Shown here piece by piece: positions 47,651-57,578 of a DNA stretch of 64,000 bases; positions within the stretch are counted from its first letter, which is position 1, and the number at the start of each line of letters is the position of its first letter. The translations under genes and the position numbers were made by a program. Location of the stretch: positions 7,566-71,565 of IMG/VR virus record IMGVR_UViG_3300044716_000427; one strand, written 5' to 3'. This DNA comes from a virus. The notes beneath the pieces are model-generated. The model was not told where the DNA came from. It ran no database searches and worked only from the letters and a program-made list of their open reading frames with translations.

Positions 47651-50017
47651 ATGCCAACATACAACGACCAACTCAACAACGTGAACGCTCTGACCAACTC
47701 GTTGGTCTTTGAGAACAACACCCGCGCCATCACCGGCACCAACCACAACCTTCAGGAGCTGGGCCAAAACCAGTCCTGCTATGACAACCTCGTAGCCTAC
47801 GACAACTACGCTTACAAGGTGGTGCGTACCTACGCCACGGATGCAGAGAACGGCCAGTCGTTGCGGGATGCTTACGCGGATGCCATCACCCAGACCCCGG
47901 GAGGCAACCCGCTGTCCGCAACCAATCGCTTTGCCCTGCTCATCCCACCCGGCACCTACGCCCTTGGCGCTACGGGTCTCGATGTGAATACGGAGTTCGT
48001 TGACCTCATTGGCCTTGGCAAGCCGGAGGAGACGATCATCACCTCGGTGAGCAACACGGCCACCGGCCTTGGAACCATCATCCAGACCGCTGATGACGTC
48101 CGGTACAAGAACATTCAGATCCAGAACACGGCCATCACTTACGTGGTCGGCGACGACTCCGACGACAGCGGGTATGCCCCACAGGGCACATTCGCCAACA
48201 CGGTGATGGAGGACGTGATCTTCTTGAACCCCGAAGACTTGGTGACCTTTGTGGGGGCGCCATTTATGCGACCCCTTCAGAGCTATGCCGGAACCTACGT
48301 GCGCTGCAAGGGCATTGACGTCAATGGCGTCAGTGTGATGTTTGGCGGAGCACAGGGAAAGTTCGTTGACTGCGAAGCCGAGTCGGTTTCTGGCTTTGGC
48401 GTTGGTCTTCCCGCCACCGGCACATTCATTAACTGTAGCGCGGTATCTGGGTTTGGTTTGGGAGGAGACGCAACGGGAACCTTTACGCGGTGCAGTGTTA
48501 TTAGCAGTGGCTTTGGTAGTGGCACAGGGCTTAACGTAAGCGGGACCTTTAGGGACTGCATCTCTATTGGGGCTCAGTCCTTTGGATACGGAAGCACTGC
48601 AACTGGCGAGTTCTACAACTGTCGCTCTGGCGCCCTTTCGTTTGGAAGCTCTTCATCTGCTGCGGTGTATGAGAACTGCGTTGCAGGTCTGCAAAGTTTT
48701 AGCTTTCTTACCGGGGCAACCCTTGCTGGAACTTACAACAACTGCACCGCTGGCAACCAATCCTTTGGCGGTGCTGACGGCTCCGTACTTAGCGGAACTT
48801 TCAACAACTGCAATGCTGGAAGCAATTCATTCGGCTTTACTACTGTTTTTGAGGGCGCAGGCGTGATTCTTAGCGGAGCGTTCAATCACTGCACCGCTGG
48901 TGTTGGCAGCTTTGGAAACGGCGACCTCCTTCAGCTTAGTGGAACATTCAACTTCTGTGAGGCTGGAGACAGCAGCTTTGGAAGCATTGTCCCGTCTGCG
49001 GTGGTGGGCGTAACATCGACCGGCCCCTCTATGAGCGGCACATTCAATAGCTGTATTGCTGGTATCCGCAGCTTCGGGTCATCCGTTGATAGCCGCGCAA
49101 TCGTAGATATGACTGGCAAGTTCTATCATTGCACCGCTGGAGACAATAGCTATGGTCACATTTCTCGGATGTTGGCGGGCGCTGAGTTCTATGACTGCGT
49201 GGGTGGTGATGGTTCGTGGCGGGCGCAGAAGCAGTTTGGTCAGGCCAGTGGATTGTACGTCAACTGCACCGGCGGTAGTTCGGCTTTTAATATGCAGACC
49301 GCGCCCACTGCAAAGTTCATCAACTGCAACGGCGGCATTAGAAGCTTCTGTGATGGCATGAACACCGGGGAGCCGTTGACCCTCTCTGGAACATACATTA
49401 ACTGCACCGCCGGTGACGACAGCTTTGGCAAGGTTCCATCCGGGCCAGCAGAAACCATTACACTTAACGGCATCTGGGAAAACTGCACCGCTGGTAATAG
49501 GTCGTTTGGATCATCAACTGGTAACCTAACGGAGGTGCTGTGTTCTGGCACGTTCATCAACTGCTCTGCCGGGGACGACAGCTTCGCAAGCAATGGACCG
49601 AGCGGTGGTGCTGCGCGGGCCGACGCATCGGGGTACTTTGAGAACTGCCGCGCTGGGTTCCGTTCATTCGGCGGAACTGCATTCGGTAAAAAGTCCGGGC
49701 GCTTTGTACGCTGCACACTCGTAGACCGTGACGGCACAATCGGCGCGGAGTCAGACCTCGGCCCCCTTGTTGACGGAGGCATCATGCAGGATTGCACTTG
49801 GATTATGAGGGACGCCTCGTCCAACGCTCTGATTGTTGAGACAGGAGCCAAGGTGTTCGGTGGCATATACAAGGCCGGAGCATCAGCAACCGAGTCAATT
49901 GTTTCTGTCGGAGCGGCAACGGTTTCCATTGCCAACATCCTGACCAACGTTGCTCTAGCTGGCACCATCACCAACAACATCACCTCACCCAACGTAATCG
50001 TTGATTCCGACATCTGA
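47651..50017 (+). CDS. Beta-helical tailspike-like protein with Cys-ladder repeats
   Basis: LLIPPGTY start of a beta-helix; many (S)GTFxNCxAGxxSFG repeats. Confidence 0.8.
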   Translation: MPTYNDQLNNVNALTNSLVFENNTRAITGTNHNLQELGQNQSCYDNLVAYDNYAYKVVRTYATDAENGQSLRDAYADAITQTPGGNPLSATNRFALLIPPGTYALGATGLDVNTEFVDLIGLGKPEETIITSVSNTATGLGTIIQTADDVRYKNIQIQNTAITYVVGDDSDDSGYAPQGTFANTVMEDVIFLNPEDLVTFVGAPFMRPLQSYAGTYVRCKGIDVNGVSVMFGGAQGKFVDCEAESVSGFGVGLPATGTFINCSAVSGFGLGGDATGTFTRCSVISSGFGSGTGLNVSGTFRDCISIGAQSFGYGSTATGEFYNCRSGALSFGSSSSAAVYENCVAGLQSFSFLTGATLAGTYNNCTAGNQSFGGADGSVLSGTFNNCNAGSNSFGFTTVFEGAGVILSGAFNHCTAGVGSFGNGDLLQLSGTFNFCEAGDSSFGSIVPSAVVGVTSTGPSMSGTFNSCIAGIRSFGSSVDSRAIVDMTGKFYHCTAGDNSYGHISRMLAGAEFYDCVGGDGSWRAQKQFGQASGLYVNCTGGSSAFNMQTAPTAKFINCNGGIRSFCDGMNTGEPLTLSGTYINCTAGDDSFGKVPSGPAETITLNGIWENCTAGNRSFGSSTGNLTEVLCSGTFINCSAGDDSFASNGPSGGAARADASGYFENCRAGFRSFGGTAFGKKSGRFVRCTLVDRDGTIGAESDLGPLVDGGIMQDCTWIMRDASSNALIVETGAKVFGGIYKAGASATESIVSVGAATVSIANILTNVALAGTITNNITSPNVIVDSDI

Positions 50018-50226
50018 TGAGCGCGCGTTTTGAAGACCTTATCGAACTTGCTGGACTGAACGTGGCCAGTGGACTGTTCATGCTTGCCACCTTCCGGTGG
50101 GATGTGCTCATCCCGCCCCCCGAAAGGCTGGTGGAGTGGGCCGTTGGCCTGACCGTTGGACTGACCATTATCATCTTGAACATTGCCAAGTTGATTAAGC
50201 TATACGTAGACACTAGACGCAAGTAA
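50017..50226 (+). CDS. Putative holin
   Basis: Two hydrophobic segments, basic C-terminus, upstream of the amidase. Confidence 0.55.
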   Translation: MSARFEDLIELAGLNVASGLFMLATFRWDVLIPPPERLVEWAVGLTVGLTIIILNIAKLIKLYVDTRRK

Positions 50227-50357
50227 TGGAGAGCATCAAGGAGTTTTGGTTCTGGCACAAGGAGAACATCCTCCTTACGATGGCCGCTGGGGTTGTGTTT
50301 GCAATTGCTTACGAGGTTACGGCCATCGCCATCAGGCGTATATTTGGTAAGAAATGA
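50226..50357 (+). CDS. 43-aa single-TM protein (holin/antiholin candidate)
   Basis: MESIKEFWFWHKENILLTMAAGVVFAIAYEVTAIAIRRIFGKK; coupled on both sides. Confidence 0.55.
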   Translation: MESIKEFWFWHKENILLTMAAGVVFAIAYEVTAIAIRRIFGKK

Positions 50358-50920
50358 GCATCATGCCTCTGGTCAGGGGGGCGGCATTCCGCTTCATGTT
50401 GCGACCGGCGGCGGTGATGACCAGCGTTGGCTCCTTTGGGTCCTATGGCTCGGAGATGCACGACCTGAGAGGGAAGCTACCCATCCACTCAACGAAAGTG
50501 TACCCCACACGGGACATCAGCGAAGTGAAGGGGATTGTATTCCACCACACTGCAACAAGGGCGCAGACCCTAAAGAGCATCAGTGACTTCCATGTCAATG
50601 GCCGTGGATGGCCAGCCATCGCCTACCACATAGCCATTGGCTACGACGGGAAGGTTTACCTGCTGCACGACCTTACAACCGCATCGTATCACACCGCTGG
50701 CCGCAACAGGGGAAATATTGGGATAGCCCTTGTGGGTAACTACCAAGACAGGGAGATGACCCCCGAGATGAAGGCGTCGGTACTGATGGTGCTGGAGTGG
50801 ATCGAGTCCGACATTAACATACAACACATTTGGCTGCACAGGGACGCTGGGAAAACCGAATGCCCCGGCAGGTATGCAATCGAATATCTGGAGCCACTTC
50901 AATTCGGACCTAACCCCTGA
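50354..50920 (+). CDS. Endolysin, N-acetylmuramoyl-L-alanine amidase (Amidase_2)
   Basis: VFHHTA, IAYH, YHT, IGIALVGNY, HRD, TECPG zinc-amidase motifs. Confidence 0.9.
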   Translation: MSIMPLVRGAAFRFMLRPAAVMTSVGSFGSYGSEMHDLRGKLPIHSTKVYPTRDISEVKGIVFHHTATRAQTLKSISDFHVNGRGWPAIAYHIAIGYDGKVYLLHDLTTASYHTAGRNRGNIGIALVGNYQDREMTPEMKASVLMVLEWIESDINIQHIWLHRDAGKTECPGRYAIEYLEPLQFGPNP

Positions 50921-50924
50921 TCAG

Positions 50925-51932
50925 ATGAAAAGCAGGCAGACGTTGGCTGGGAAGATAGTGGTGGAGATGCTGAAGGAGCATCCAGATAAGCCGCTAATGA
51001 CGCTGGCAAAGCTGGCTCAAAAGCTTCACCCTGAAATGTTTCTGAGCTTGGAGGCCACGCGAAAGATGTTCAGGACGTATGCAGGGAGCGCAGGAATCAA
51101 CAGGGTGAATGCTGATAGGCATGGGACCCGTCGCGAAAAGGGCGTCTCTGGCAAAGACCCTTGGTCTGCCCTCATGCCTGAATCGTGGATGGATGGCCCC
51201 AAGGACTGGAAGATGCCGTTGTCCATACGCAAGGTCTTGGTGCTGTCGGACATCCACGTCCCGTACCACGACATCTCTGCGCTGAAGATGGCCATCACCC
51301 ATGGCATCGAGCAGAAGCCTGACGCCATCCTGCTCAACGGGGACACGCTGGACTTCTACTCCATATCCGACCACCAGAAAGACCCACGCAAGGTGGACTG
51401 GCCCGGGGAGATAGAGGCGGGGAAGCAGTTAATGAAGATGATGCGTAAGGCGTTCCCCAACGTGCCCATCTACTTCAAGAGCGGCAACCATGAATACCGA
51501 CTGGAGCGACACCTGATGAAGTACGCCGAGCTTCTGCTTGGCATGAAGGAGTTTGAGCTCCCCACGCTGATGGGCTTCGGGGAGTTTGGCGTTGAGCACA
51601 TTGCCAACAAGACCAACATCATCGCTGGCAAGCTGAACATCATCCACGGGGATGAGTACCGTGGCTCCGGTGGGGTTAACCCAGCACGATGGCTGTCGCT
51701 CAGGACAGGGGAGCCAACAATGTGCGGACACTTCCACAGGACATCCACCCACCTTGACCGCACCATCCGCAACCAAGTGAGGGGGTGGTGGTCTACCGGC
51801 TGTCTGTCTGAGCTGTCCCCAGAGTACCTGCCATACAACCAGTGGAACCACGGGTTCGCAATGGTTTATATCAACCCCGACGATACATTTGAGGTGGAGA
51901 ATTTAACCATCGTAGACGGGGCGGTTCGGTAG
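50925..51932 (+). CDS. Calcineurin-like metallophosphoesterase
   Basis: SDIH, NGD..D, GNHE, HG, GHFH motifs. Confidence 0.9.
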   Translation: MKSRQTLAGKIVVEMLKEHPDKPLMTLAKLAQKLHPEMFLSLEATRKMFRTYAGSAGINRVNADRHGTRREKGVSGKDPWSALMPESWMDGPKDWKMPLSIRKVLVLSDIHVPYHDISALKMAITHGIEQKPDAILLNGDTLDFYSISDHQKDPRKVDWPGEIEAGKQLMKMMRKAFPNVPIYFKSGNHEYRLERHLMKYAELLLGMKEFELPTLMGFGEFGVEHIANKTNIIAGKLNIIHGDEYRGSGGVNPARWLSLRTGEPTMCGHFHRTSTHLDRTIRNQVRGWWSTGCLSELSPEYLPYNQWNHGFAMVYINPDDTFEVENLTIVDGAVR

Positions 51933-51947
51933 TAAATTAGCAGCGCG

Positions 51948-52175
51948 ATGATCCAAGTTCTAGAGGAAAGCAAGATCATCTTCGTCCGTGGGGTTCGCTC
52001 CATGGCTGCAATTGAACAGGCGGTCCTTGAGGCCACTGGAAAGAAAAGGTGGATCAGCAGGGGCGAGTGGAATATCGTAGGATTGGCAGACGAGTCAAGT
52101 CATGGGTTGTCAACTGGTATGCCCTACTCACCGGTTGATGACGGTAGGCCAGTAGTAGGATTCAAAAGAAAATGA
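51948..52175 (+). CDS. Hypothetical protein
   Basis: 75-aa ORF in operon. Confidence 0.55.
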   Translation: MIQVLEESKIIFVRGVRSMAAIEQAVLEATGKKRWISRGEWNIVGLADESSHGLSTGMPYSPVDDGRPVVGFKRK

Positions 52176-52402
52176 CAGACCGACCATTCAGACCCGGAGA
52201 GCGAGTAACTGCGTTGGTGAACGGAGAACACGCTCACCTTGTGTTCTCGCTGGAGACCGAAGAAAAGGGGGACCGCAGGGACCACTGCTGGAGATACGAC
52301 CTACCGAACTTCCCGATCGTCCCCAAGAGCTACAGGGTGGAGCCCATTGAGATAGTAAAACTAAAGAGCAGGTCACCAGACCCAGCAACACTGACCAAAT
52401 GA
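52172..52402 (+). CDS. Hypothetical protein
   Basis: ATGA-coupled 76-aa ORF. Confidence 0.6.
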   Translation: MTDRPFRPGERVTALVNGEHAHLVFSLETEEKGDRRDHCWRYDLPNFPIVPKSYRVEPIEIVKLKSRSPDPATLTK

Positions 52403-52707
52403 ACAAGAAGACCATTATCTATGTAGGCATCTGCGCTGCCATGCTCTGCGCTGGCATTGTCATTGGGTATCTCATCCACCCCAAGCCTGACCCAAGCATT
52501 GACTTGCAGCACGAGGAGGAGAAGCGCGTCCTGCGCGAAGAGGCACAGGCGTGGATGGACATCGCCAACCAGCACAACGTGCGCGTTGACACCATCGTTG
52601 TCGAGCGCGAGAAACTCAAAACCATTAAACAATATGAAAAGGGTCTTGTTAATGCTTCTATTGATAGCATCCAGCAGTTGCTCCTTACTCGGCCAACAGT
52701 CGAGTAG
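52399..52707 (+). CDS. Putative i-spanin-like protein
   Basis: N-terminal TM followed by coiled coil. Confidence 0.55.
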   Translation: MNKKTIIYVGICAAMLCAGIVIGYLIHPKPDPSIDLQHEEEKRVLREEAQAWMDIANQHNVRVDTIVVEREKLKTIKQYEKGLVNASIDSIQQLLLTRPTVE

Positions 52708-53083
52708 TGTAGACGTCCGCTGGAGGCTTATTGGCGATAACGCCCTTGTCCCCGTAAGGGACCTGATCACCATTGCCGCCCATCGTCTCTATCTGGAGGA
52801 CAGGGCCGGGTCGTTCAAGGCGGAGGCTATTGAGCGCGGGAAGGAGAGCTTCGCCCTGCGGCAGATCATTGACAAGAAAAATGACGAGGTCAAGCTCCTT
52901 GACGAGCAGCTCACTCGCTTGAGGGGAGAGCTTAGTATGATGGACGACATGCTTGTAGCTTGCGAGGAGAGGGAGAGCAAGCTTCGCCCTTGGTCCACGA
53001 TCGGAAAGGTCGGAACGGTTACGGTGTCGCTGGCGGTCCTTGGAATTGTGGCCGAACGAATCATCAACTCGGCAAATCCATGA
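52634..53083 (+). CDS. Putative spanin: lipoprotein-like signal, coiled coil, C-terminal TM
   Basis: MKRVLLMLLLIASSSC...coiled coil...VTVSLAVLGIVA; overlaps the upstream gene. Confidence 0.55.
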   Translation: MKRVLLMLLLIASSSCSLLGQQSSSVDVRWRLIGDNALVPVRDLITIAAHRLYLEDRAGSFKAEAIERGKESFALRQIIDKKNDEVKLLDEQLTRLRGELSMMDDMLVACEERESKLRPWSTIGKVGTVTVSLAVLGIVAERIINSANP

Positions 53084-53262
53084 GGCCGTTTCTGAACTTG
53101 TGGCTTGCCATCGCATACGCTTTGATCATGCTGTCACCGCCACTGCTTGTATCGGTGATAGAGAGGCCCGAGAACAACTACTCACGCTGGTGGTACTTGA
53201 GTATTTTTGTAGTAGCGATCTACGTCACGCTCTTGCGATACATCCAATACAATAGAAAATGA
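53080..53262 (+). CDS. Small two-TM membrane protein
   Basis: MRPFLNLWLAIAYALIML...WWYLSIFVVAIYVTLL. Confidence 0.6.
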   Translation: MRPFLNLWLAIAYALIMLSPPLLVSVIERPENNYSRWWYLSIFVVAIYVTLLRYIQYNRK

Positions 53263-53690
53263 TCATCTCCATCATACTTATCATCTTGTACGCACTGTGG
53301 GAATCGAAGCGCGACTTTGATGACATCGAGGCGGACGTTACGATAAACAAGGTGGAACGGTGGTCAGGCAGGGCGCTTGTCGGCGGGGCGATAGGTCTTG
53401 TGCTTTGGGGTCCGTTACGGCTTATTGTCGTGGCGTTCCTTTTCTCTCTCGTGCATCGCTACGACCTGAACCGACGCAGGGGCAGGAGCCCCTTCTACGT
53501 TGCCCCGTGGAGCAGCTTCTACGACCGGGCGTTCTATTCCATGACCAGCGGACGCTGGATCAGTAAGGAGGAGGCGCTTTTGATCCGAAGGAATTACATC
53601 CTTGGGGAATGCACGGAAGAAATCTACGAGGCGGGAAAGGCTGCATACGTAGTAGAATTAGCGACCATTTTACTTGTATCGGCGATTTGA
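53259..53690 (+). CDS. Membrane protein
   Basis: Several hydrophobic segments. Confidence 0.65.
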   Translation: MIISIILIILYALWESKRDFDDIEADVTINKVERWSGRALVGGAIGLVLWGPLRLIVVAFLFSLVHRYDLNRRRGRSPFYVAPWSSFYDRAFYSMTSGRWISKEEALLIRRNYILGECTEEIYEAGKAAYVVELATILLVSAI

Positions 53691-53705
53691 AGATAACTTT
53701 GCACC

Positions 53706-56108
53706 ATGACGCGGAATAACCAGATGTATTACAACATCCTTGAGGAGTACACGACTCCCTTGGGTGCTCAATTTGACTGGAGGATCGGCAACGACACCCT
53801 GACTGACGCTGGGTTCAGCCAAGCCCAAGCACAGGCAGCCTTCCAGTACTTCTGGGCAAGGTGGCAGGCCATCGGTGGGAACATCACCACCTTCATGGGC
53901 CTCACTTGTATGACCGCTGCCATCAGCGATGCCATCTGGTCTGGCCACGCTGCTGCTTACACGGCTACGTGTCAGAGCCGCGTGAACATCAACATCCCCG
54001 CCGGTCGTTACGAGATCAACTACCCACTCCCTCTTGCCTTCGGTATTTACACCGGTCAGGGGTCCAGCGAGTTCTTCACCAACGGCCCCGACTTCGGTGG
54101 CACGTTCGGTCAGGGCTCCACGTCCCTCCATCTGGATCAGGCTCGCTGGCTTGGATCCAATGATGACGCCATCTGGCAGAGCGGGACTTGGGGTGACGAG
54201 AACCTGTTCGGCTACAACGAGGCGTTCCAGTTGCTCAATATGCGCTTGGTGGGTAACAAGGCGTCTAACGTCTACAACCCACTGCTTCTGAAGTGCGGCG
54301 TACAGGTGTGGGACATGGGCAGCAATGCCTTCATCCACAACGTGTTCGCCGATGACTTTGAAGGGGCTGGATTCCACTTCGTTCGTGGTACTTACGTCAA
54401 CGTGGGCCAGATCGCTTCCTTCAACAACAACCTCTGCGCCATCTGGCTTGAGGGTGGAGGACAGCACGTCTTCAACAGCGTGGAGAGCGACGAGTGCCCC
54501 GCTGTGTTCCGCGTGGAGGATGGCTATGGCCGTGTTGGCTCCACCAGCCTCCACTGCTCTTGGCTAAAGATTGAGACCGGTCCCGCCCCCAACCGACCCA
54601 TTGGAAAGGGTACGATGGTGATGGACGCTCAGGCGTGGGTGCAGGCGCACTTCGATACCATTCAGTACGCTGCTGTCAACGGTGCCCCGCACTGTATGTT
54701 CCGCATCAACGCCGACTTCAACAACACAGGTACGCTGTCGAACTCCTGTCAGGTGAGCGTGAGCCAGTTTAACCTGTTTGGTCCCTGCTATGGCTTGCTG
54801 CACGACGTGTTCAACCGCAAGATGTGGATCAATGACGCGCTGTCCGGCCAGTTCAACAAGAACGGGTACTTCCGCACCCGCGTCAAGAACTTCCGCTGGA
54901 CCAGTGAGCTTGGTGGCGCACTGATCTCGGACTTCTTCCAGCCCGTGCTGGTGACCAACATGGCCACCGGTCGTCTGGGTACGCTGGCTGTGGACAACAA
55001 CACCGGTGCGTTCATCGGCGCATGGGACAACCAAGCTGGCACCCCTCCCTACACGATCGCTCCCCCAGCAGGAGAGGGCTCTGTCCCTCCCCCACCACCC
55101 CCCCCTCCGCCCATTGGCATCCCCACGAACATCGTGGTGTCGCTGAACCCGACCACTGTGGTGCTGGGGCAGACCTCTCAGGCGTCTGTTGTTGTGACCG
55201 ACCAGTTCGGCAACACCATCACCCCCGCCGGTACGTGGAGCATCGTCTCTGGCTCTGCTACCATCACCGGGGCAGGTGTAGTGACGGCACTGTCTGCCGG
55301 TGGCATCCTCGTGCAGTACTCTCAGGGCGCGGTAAGCGGCAGCAATACACTCACTGCAAACAACCCAGCCCCACAGCCCCCTGTTCCCACGACCATCAAC
55401 GTGACGCTGTCAAGCAACACCATTCCATTCGGTGGAACGGTTCAGGCAACTGCGGTGGTGTTCGACCAGAACGGGGTCCCGATGTCGGCCAGCGGTACGT
55501 GGAGCATTGCCTCCGGACCCGCTACCATCTCGGGCACAGGTCTGGTGACCACTACGGCCCCCGGAAGTGTGGTGGTTCGGTACACGGTGAACGCCATCGT
55601 GGGGACTGCGAACCTGCTCGTGCAGAACACCCAGCCTCCTCCGCCTCCCCCGCCTCCCACTTCCCTGTACACCATTGACTTCACCGGCCAGAACGTGGTC
55701 GCGCTCCCCGGATGCGTGAACCTTGCCAGTGAGCCTTGGAAGGCAGGTCGGATCAATGGAGATGTTTACTCTACTGCCTTCACCGGCGGCACAGCCCTGA
55801 ACACCATCCAGACCTTCGCCCCTGCCATCTTGGGTGTGAGGCGGATCGTGCTGAAGAACGCTGTGATCAGGGAGAACGTAGCGTTCCGATACTTGAACAG
55901 CGCGGTTCGCACCAACTCAACTCGTCAGTTCGTCCTTGCGTCCAACCAGAACACTGTGGTCGGCAGCTTCTCTGTCAATGCGGCGGCTACCGACATCACC
56001 ATTGTGCTGCCATCTGCGGTCAACATAACGACGCTGTTCGGCGCAGGTGGTCAGGTGTTCAATACGCTGAATCTGACGTGTGAGGGGGTGGAGCTTTACG
56101 CCTTGTGA
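53706..56108 (+). CDS. Pectin-lyase-like beta-helix protein with two Ig-like (Big_2-like) domains
   Basis: INIPAGRY beta-helix start; duplicated VxDQxG...GTWSIxSGxATIxGxGxVT units; poly-Pro linkers. Confidence 0.75.
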   Translation: MTRNNQMYYNILEEYTTPLGAQFDWRIGNDTLTDAGFSQAQAQAAFQYFWARWQAIGGNITTFMGLTCMTAAISDAIWSGHAAAYTATCQSRVNINIPAGRYEINYPLPLAFGIYTGQGSSEFFTNGPDFGGTFGQGSTSLHLDQARWLGSNDDAIWQSGTWGDENLFGYNEAFQLLNMRLVGNKASNVYNPLLLKCGVQVWDMGSNAFIHNVFADDFEGAGFHFVRGTYVNVGQIASFNNNLCAIWLEGGGQHVFNSVESDECPAVFRVEDGYGRVGSTSLHCSWLKIETGPAPNRPIGKGTMVMDAQAWVQAHFDTIQYAAVNGAPHCMFRINADFNNTGTLSNSCQVSVSQFNLFGPCYGLLHDVFNRKMWINDALSGQFNKNGYFRTRVKNFRWTSELGGALISDFFQPVLVTNMATGRLGTLAVDNNTGAFIGAWDNQAGTPPYTIAPPAGEGSVPPPPPPPPPIGIPTNIVVSLNPTTVVLGQTSQASVVVTDQFGNTITPAGTWSIVSGSATITGAGVVTALSAGGILVQYSQGAVSGSNTLTANNPAPQPPVPTTINVTLSSNTIPFGGTVQATAVVFDQNGVPMSASGTWSIASGPATISGTGLVTTTAPGSVVVRYTVNAIVGTANLLVQNTQPPPPPPPPTSLYTIDFTGQNVVALPGCVNLASEPWKAGRINGDVYSTAFTGGTALNTIQTFAPAILGVRRIVLKNAVIRENVAFRYLNSAVRTNSTRQFVLASNQNTVVGSFSVNAAATDITIVLPSAVNITTLFGAGGQVFNTLNLTCEGVELYAL

Positions 56109-56554
56109 GCGGGGTAAACTTCATCCCAGAGGTTGTCGTACCTCTTGAAGAAGCCCCTCCACTTCTTTGACTCGCGCATCTCGCTCCCGTAGTTATGCCA
56201 ACGGGAGTGGCAGTCCCCGCACTGCAAGACGATGTTGCGTTCGTCCAGCCTGTACTCTGGGTACTTGCCCTTGGGTAGCAGGTGGGAGAAGTTGATGGCC
56301 TTCCCCTCGTGGATATGCACACCACAGGTCAGGCACTTGGCGTTACCGTCAGCGGCATCCCATATCCTGCGGAACACTTCCTTCTCTCCTGTGGGCTTGC
56401 GCTTGGCAGGGAGGGTAGACGCCTTCCTTACCAGCCCCTTCTCCTTGAGCCTGTCAATGATGGCCGAGTCATCTCCTTTTATGATATCCAGTAGCTTATT
56501 GGACTTCTTCTTCAGCTTGGTCTTGCTCTTCAGTGGTGTCTTGCGTTTCAGCAT
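56096..56554 (-). CDS. NinG/HNH-like endonuclease
   Basis: CLTC, FSHLLPKG, DERNIVLQCGDCH. Confidence 0.75.
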   Translation of the reverse strand: MLKRKTPLKSKTKLKKKSNKLLDIIKGDDSAIIDRLKEKGLVRKASTLPAKRKPTGEKEVFRRIWDAADGNAKCLTCGVHIHEGKAINFSHLLPKGKYPEYRLDERNIVLQCGDCHSRWHNYGSEMRESKKWRGFFKRYDNLWDEVYPAHKA

Positions 56555-56967
56555 ATTTTCTTAAACTCACTTGTTGGTATGTCCACGACAGGCTCCACGT
56601 CCTGCCAATCTCCTCTGTCTACCCTCCCTCCCATTCGTATGCTGTGAACCTTCTTGACCTTGTGCCAGCCTACCATGTCGTTCCACTCCACGACCACAAG
56701 GAACGGCTTATCTGTGGCCCGCGCAAGTTCCATCCCGTGGATTATCTTGTTCAGCGACAGCATTAGGGTGGGGTACTTGTCTTTGTTGTTGTACCTCCGC
56801 TTACACTCGCACCACGCCACCACACCACCACGGAGCAACGCCCAGTCCACCCGATACTGTATGGGCAGCTTGACGTAGGTGGACTTCCATACCTCGGCTG
56901 CCTTTCGGATGGTCTGCTCCTCTGCCTTAAGGGAGTCGGGGTTCTCATAGGTTGGCCGCATCTGCAA
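56548..56967 (-). CDS. PD-(D/E)xK nuclease-like protein
   Basis: YRVDW...WCECKRR. Confidence 0.7.
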   Translation of the reverse strand: MQMRPTYENPDSLKAEEQTIRKAAEVWKSTYVKLPIQYRVDWALLRGGVVAWCECKRRYNNKDKYPTLMLSLNKIIHGMELARATDKPFLVVVEWNDMVGWHKVKKVHSIRMGGRVDRGDWQDVEPVVDIPTSEFKKIC

Positions 56968-57241
56968 TGGCTTCTAGGCTTTCCGGCTTCATCCCAAAGA
57001 CCCCATATCCTCCAAGAAATGGAAGCTCGTCATTGAACTTGGCACATGTCATCGTTACGCTTCCATCTTTTTGCTCATCGTATTGTTGCGGGATGTAGTA
57101 GTTGCCCAGTGTGGGGTCTTGGTCCTTCAACCGATACTTGCGATTGGGTGGAAACGCCTCGGCAACCTTGCGTACATTCTCTGGGCGCTCCGCGAGCCAT
57201 TCGGCCCACATTTTATTTTGCTCTTCGGTCCAGTCGTTCAT
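56945..57241 (-). CDS. Hypothetical protein
   Basis: Start MNDWTEEQ at 57241. Confidence 0.7.
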   Translation of the reverse strand: MNDWTEEQNKMWAEWLAERPENVRKVAEAFPPNRKYRLKDQDPTLGNYYIPQQYDEQKDGSVTMTCAKFNDELPFLGGYGVFGMKPESLEAIADAANL

Positions 57242-57321
57242 GTTCTTGTTGAAATGCACGGCCTTCGGCAGTGCTTGGTACGTTGGTGGTAATGCGAAAA
57301 CTACCGACTAAGTTCCAGATG

Positions 57322-57483
57322 TTAAAGCATCAAGTATCCAAGGCATAGCGCACCCAATATCACAGACGCTCCGCGCATAAGAGCCTTAGCCGTCTTTGAT
57401 TCAATAAGATTGGCGCACTCCCAAATGGCTCCGCACGCGAATGCGAGCCATAATACTTCGTTCGTGTGATTCATCTCAATCAT
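57322..57483 (-). CDS. 53-aa membrane peptide
   Basis: MIEMNHTNEVLWLAFACGAIWEC...VILGALCLGYLML; A-rich leader. Confidence 0.45.
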   Translation of the reverse strand: MIEMNHTNEVLWLAFACGAIWECANLIESKTAKALMRGASVILGALCLGYLML

Positions 57484-57578
57484 TGCTTTTGGTTTTTAGG
57501 AGTTAGTGAACGGCTGGCCGCATCTGTTTGCTGTCGTTTGCTTTCGGATAGTTGCGTATATCCTACGTTGTACGCAAT

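Noticed and set aside
55085-55112. C-rich tract as a G-quadruplex or slippage switch
   Set aside because: Explained by poly-proline linker codons; the frame is intact
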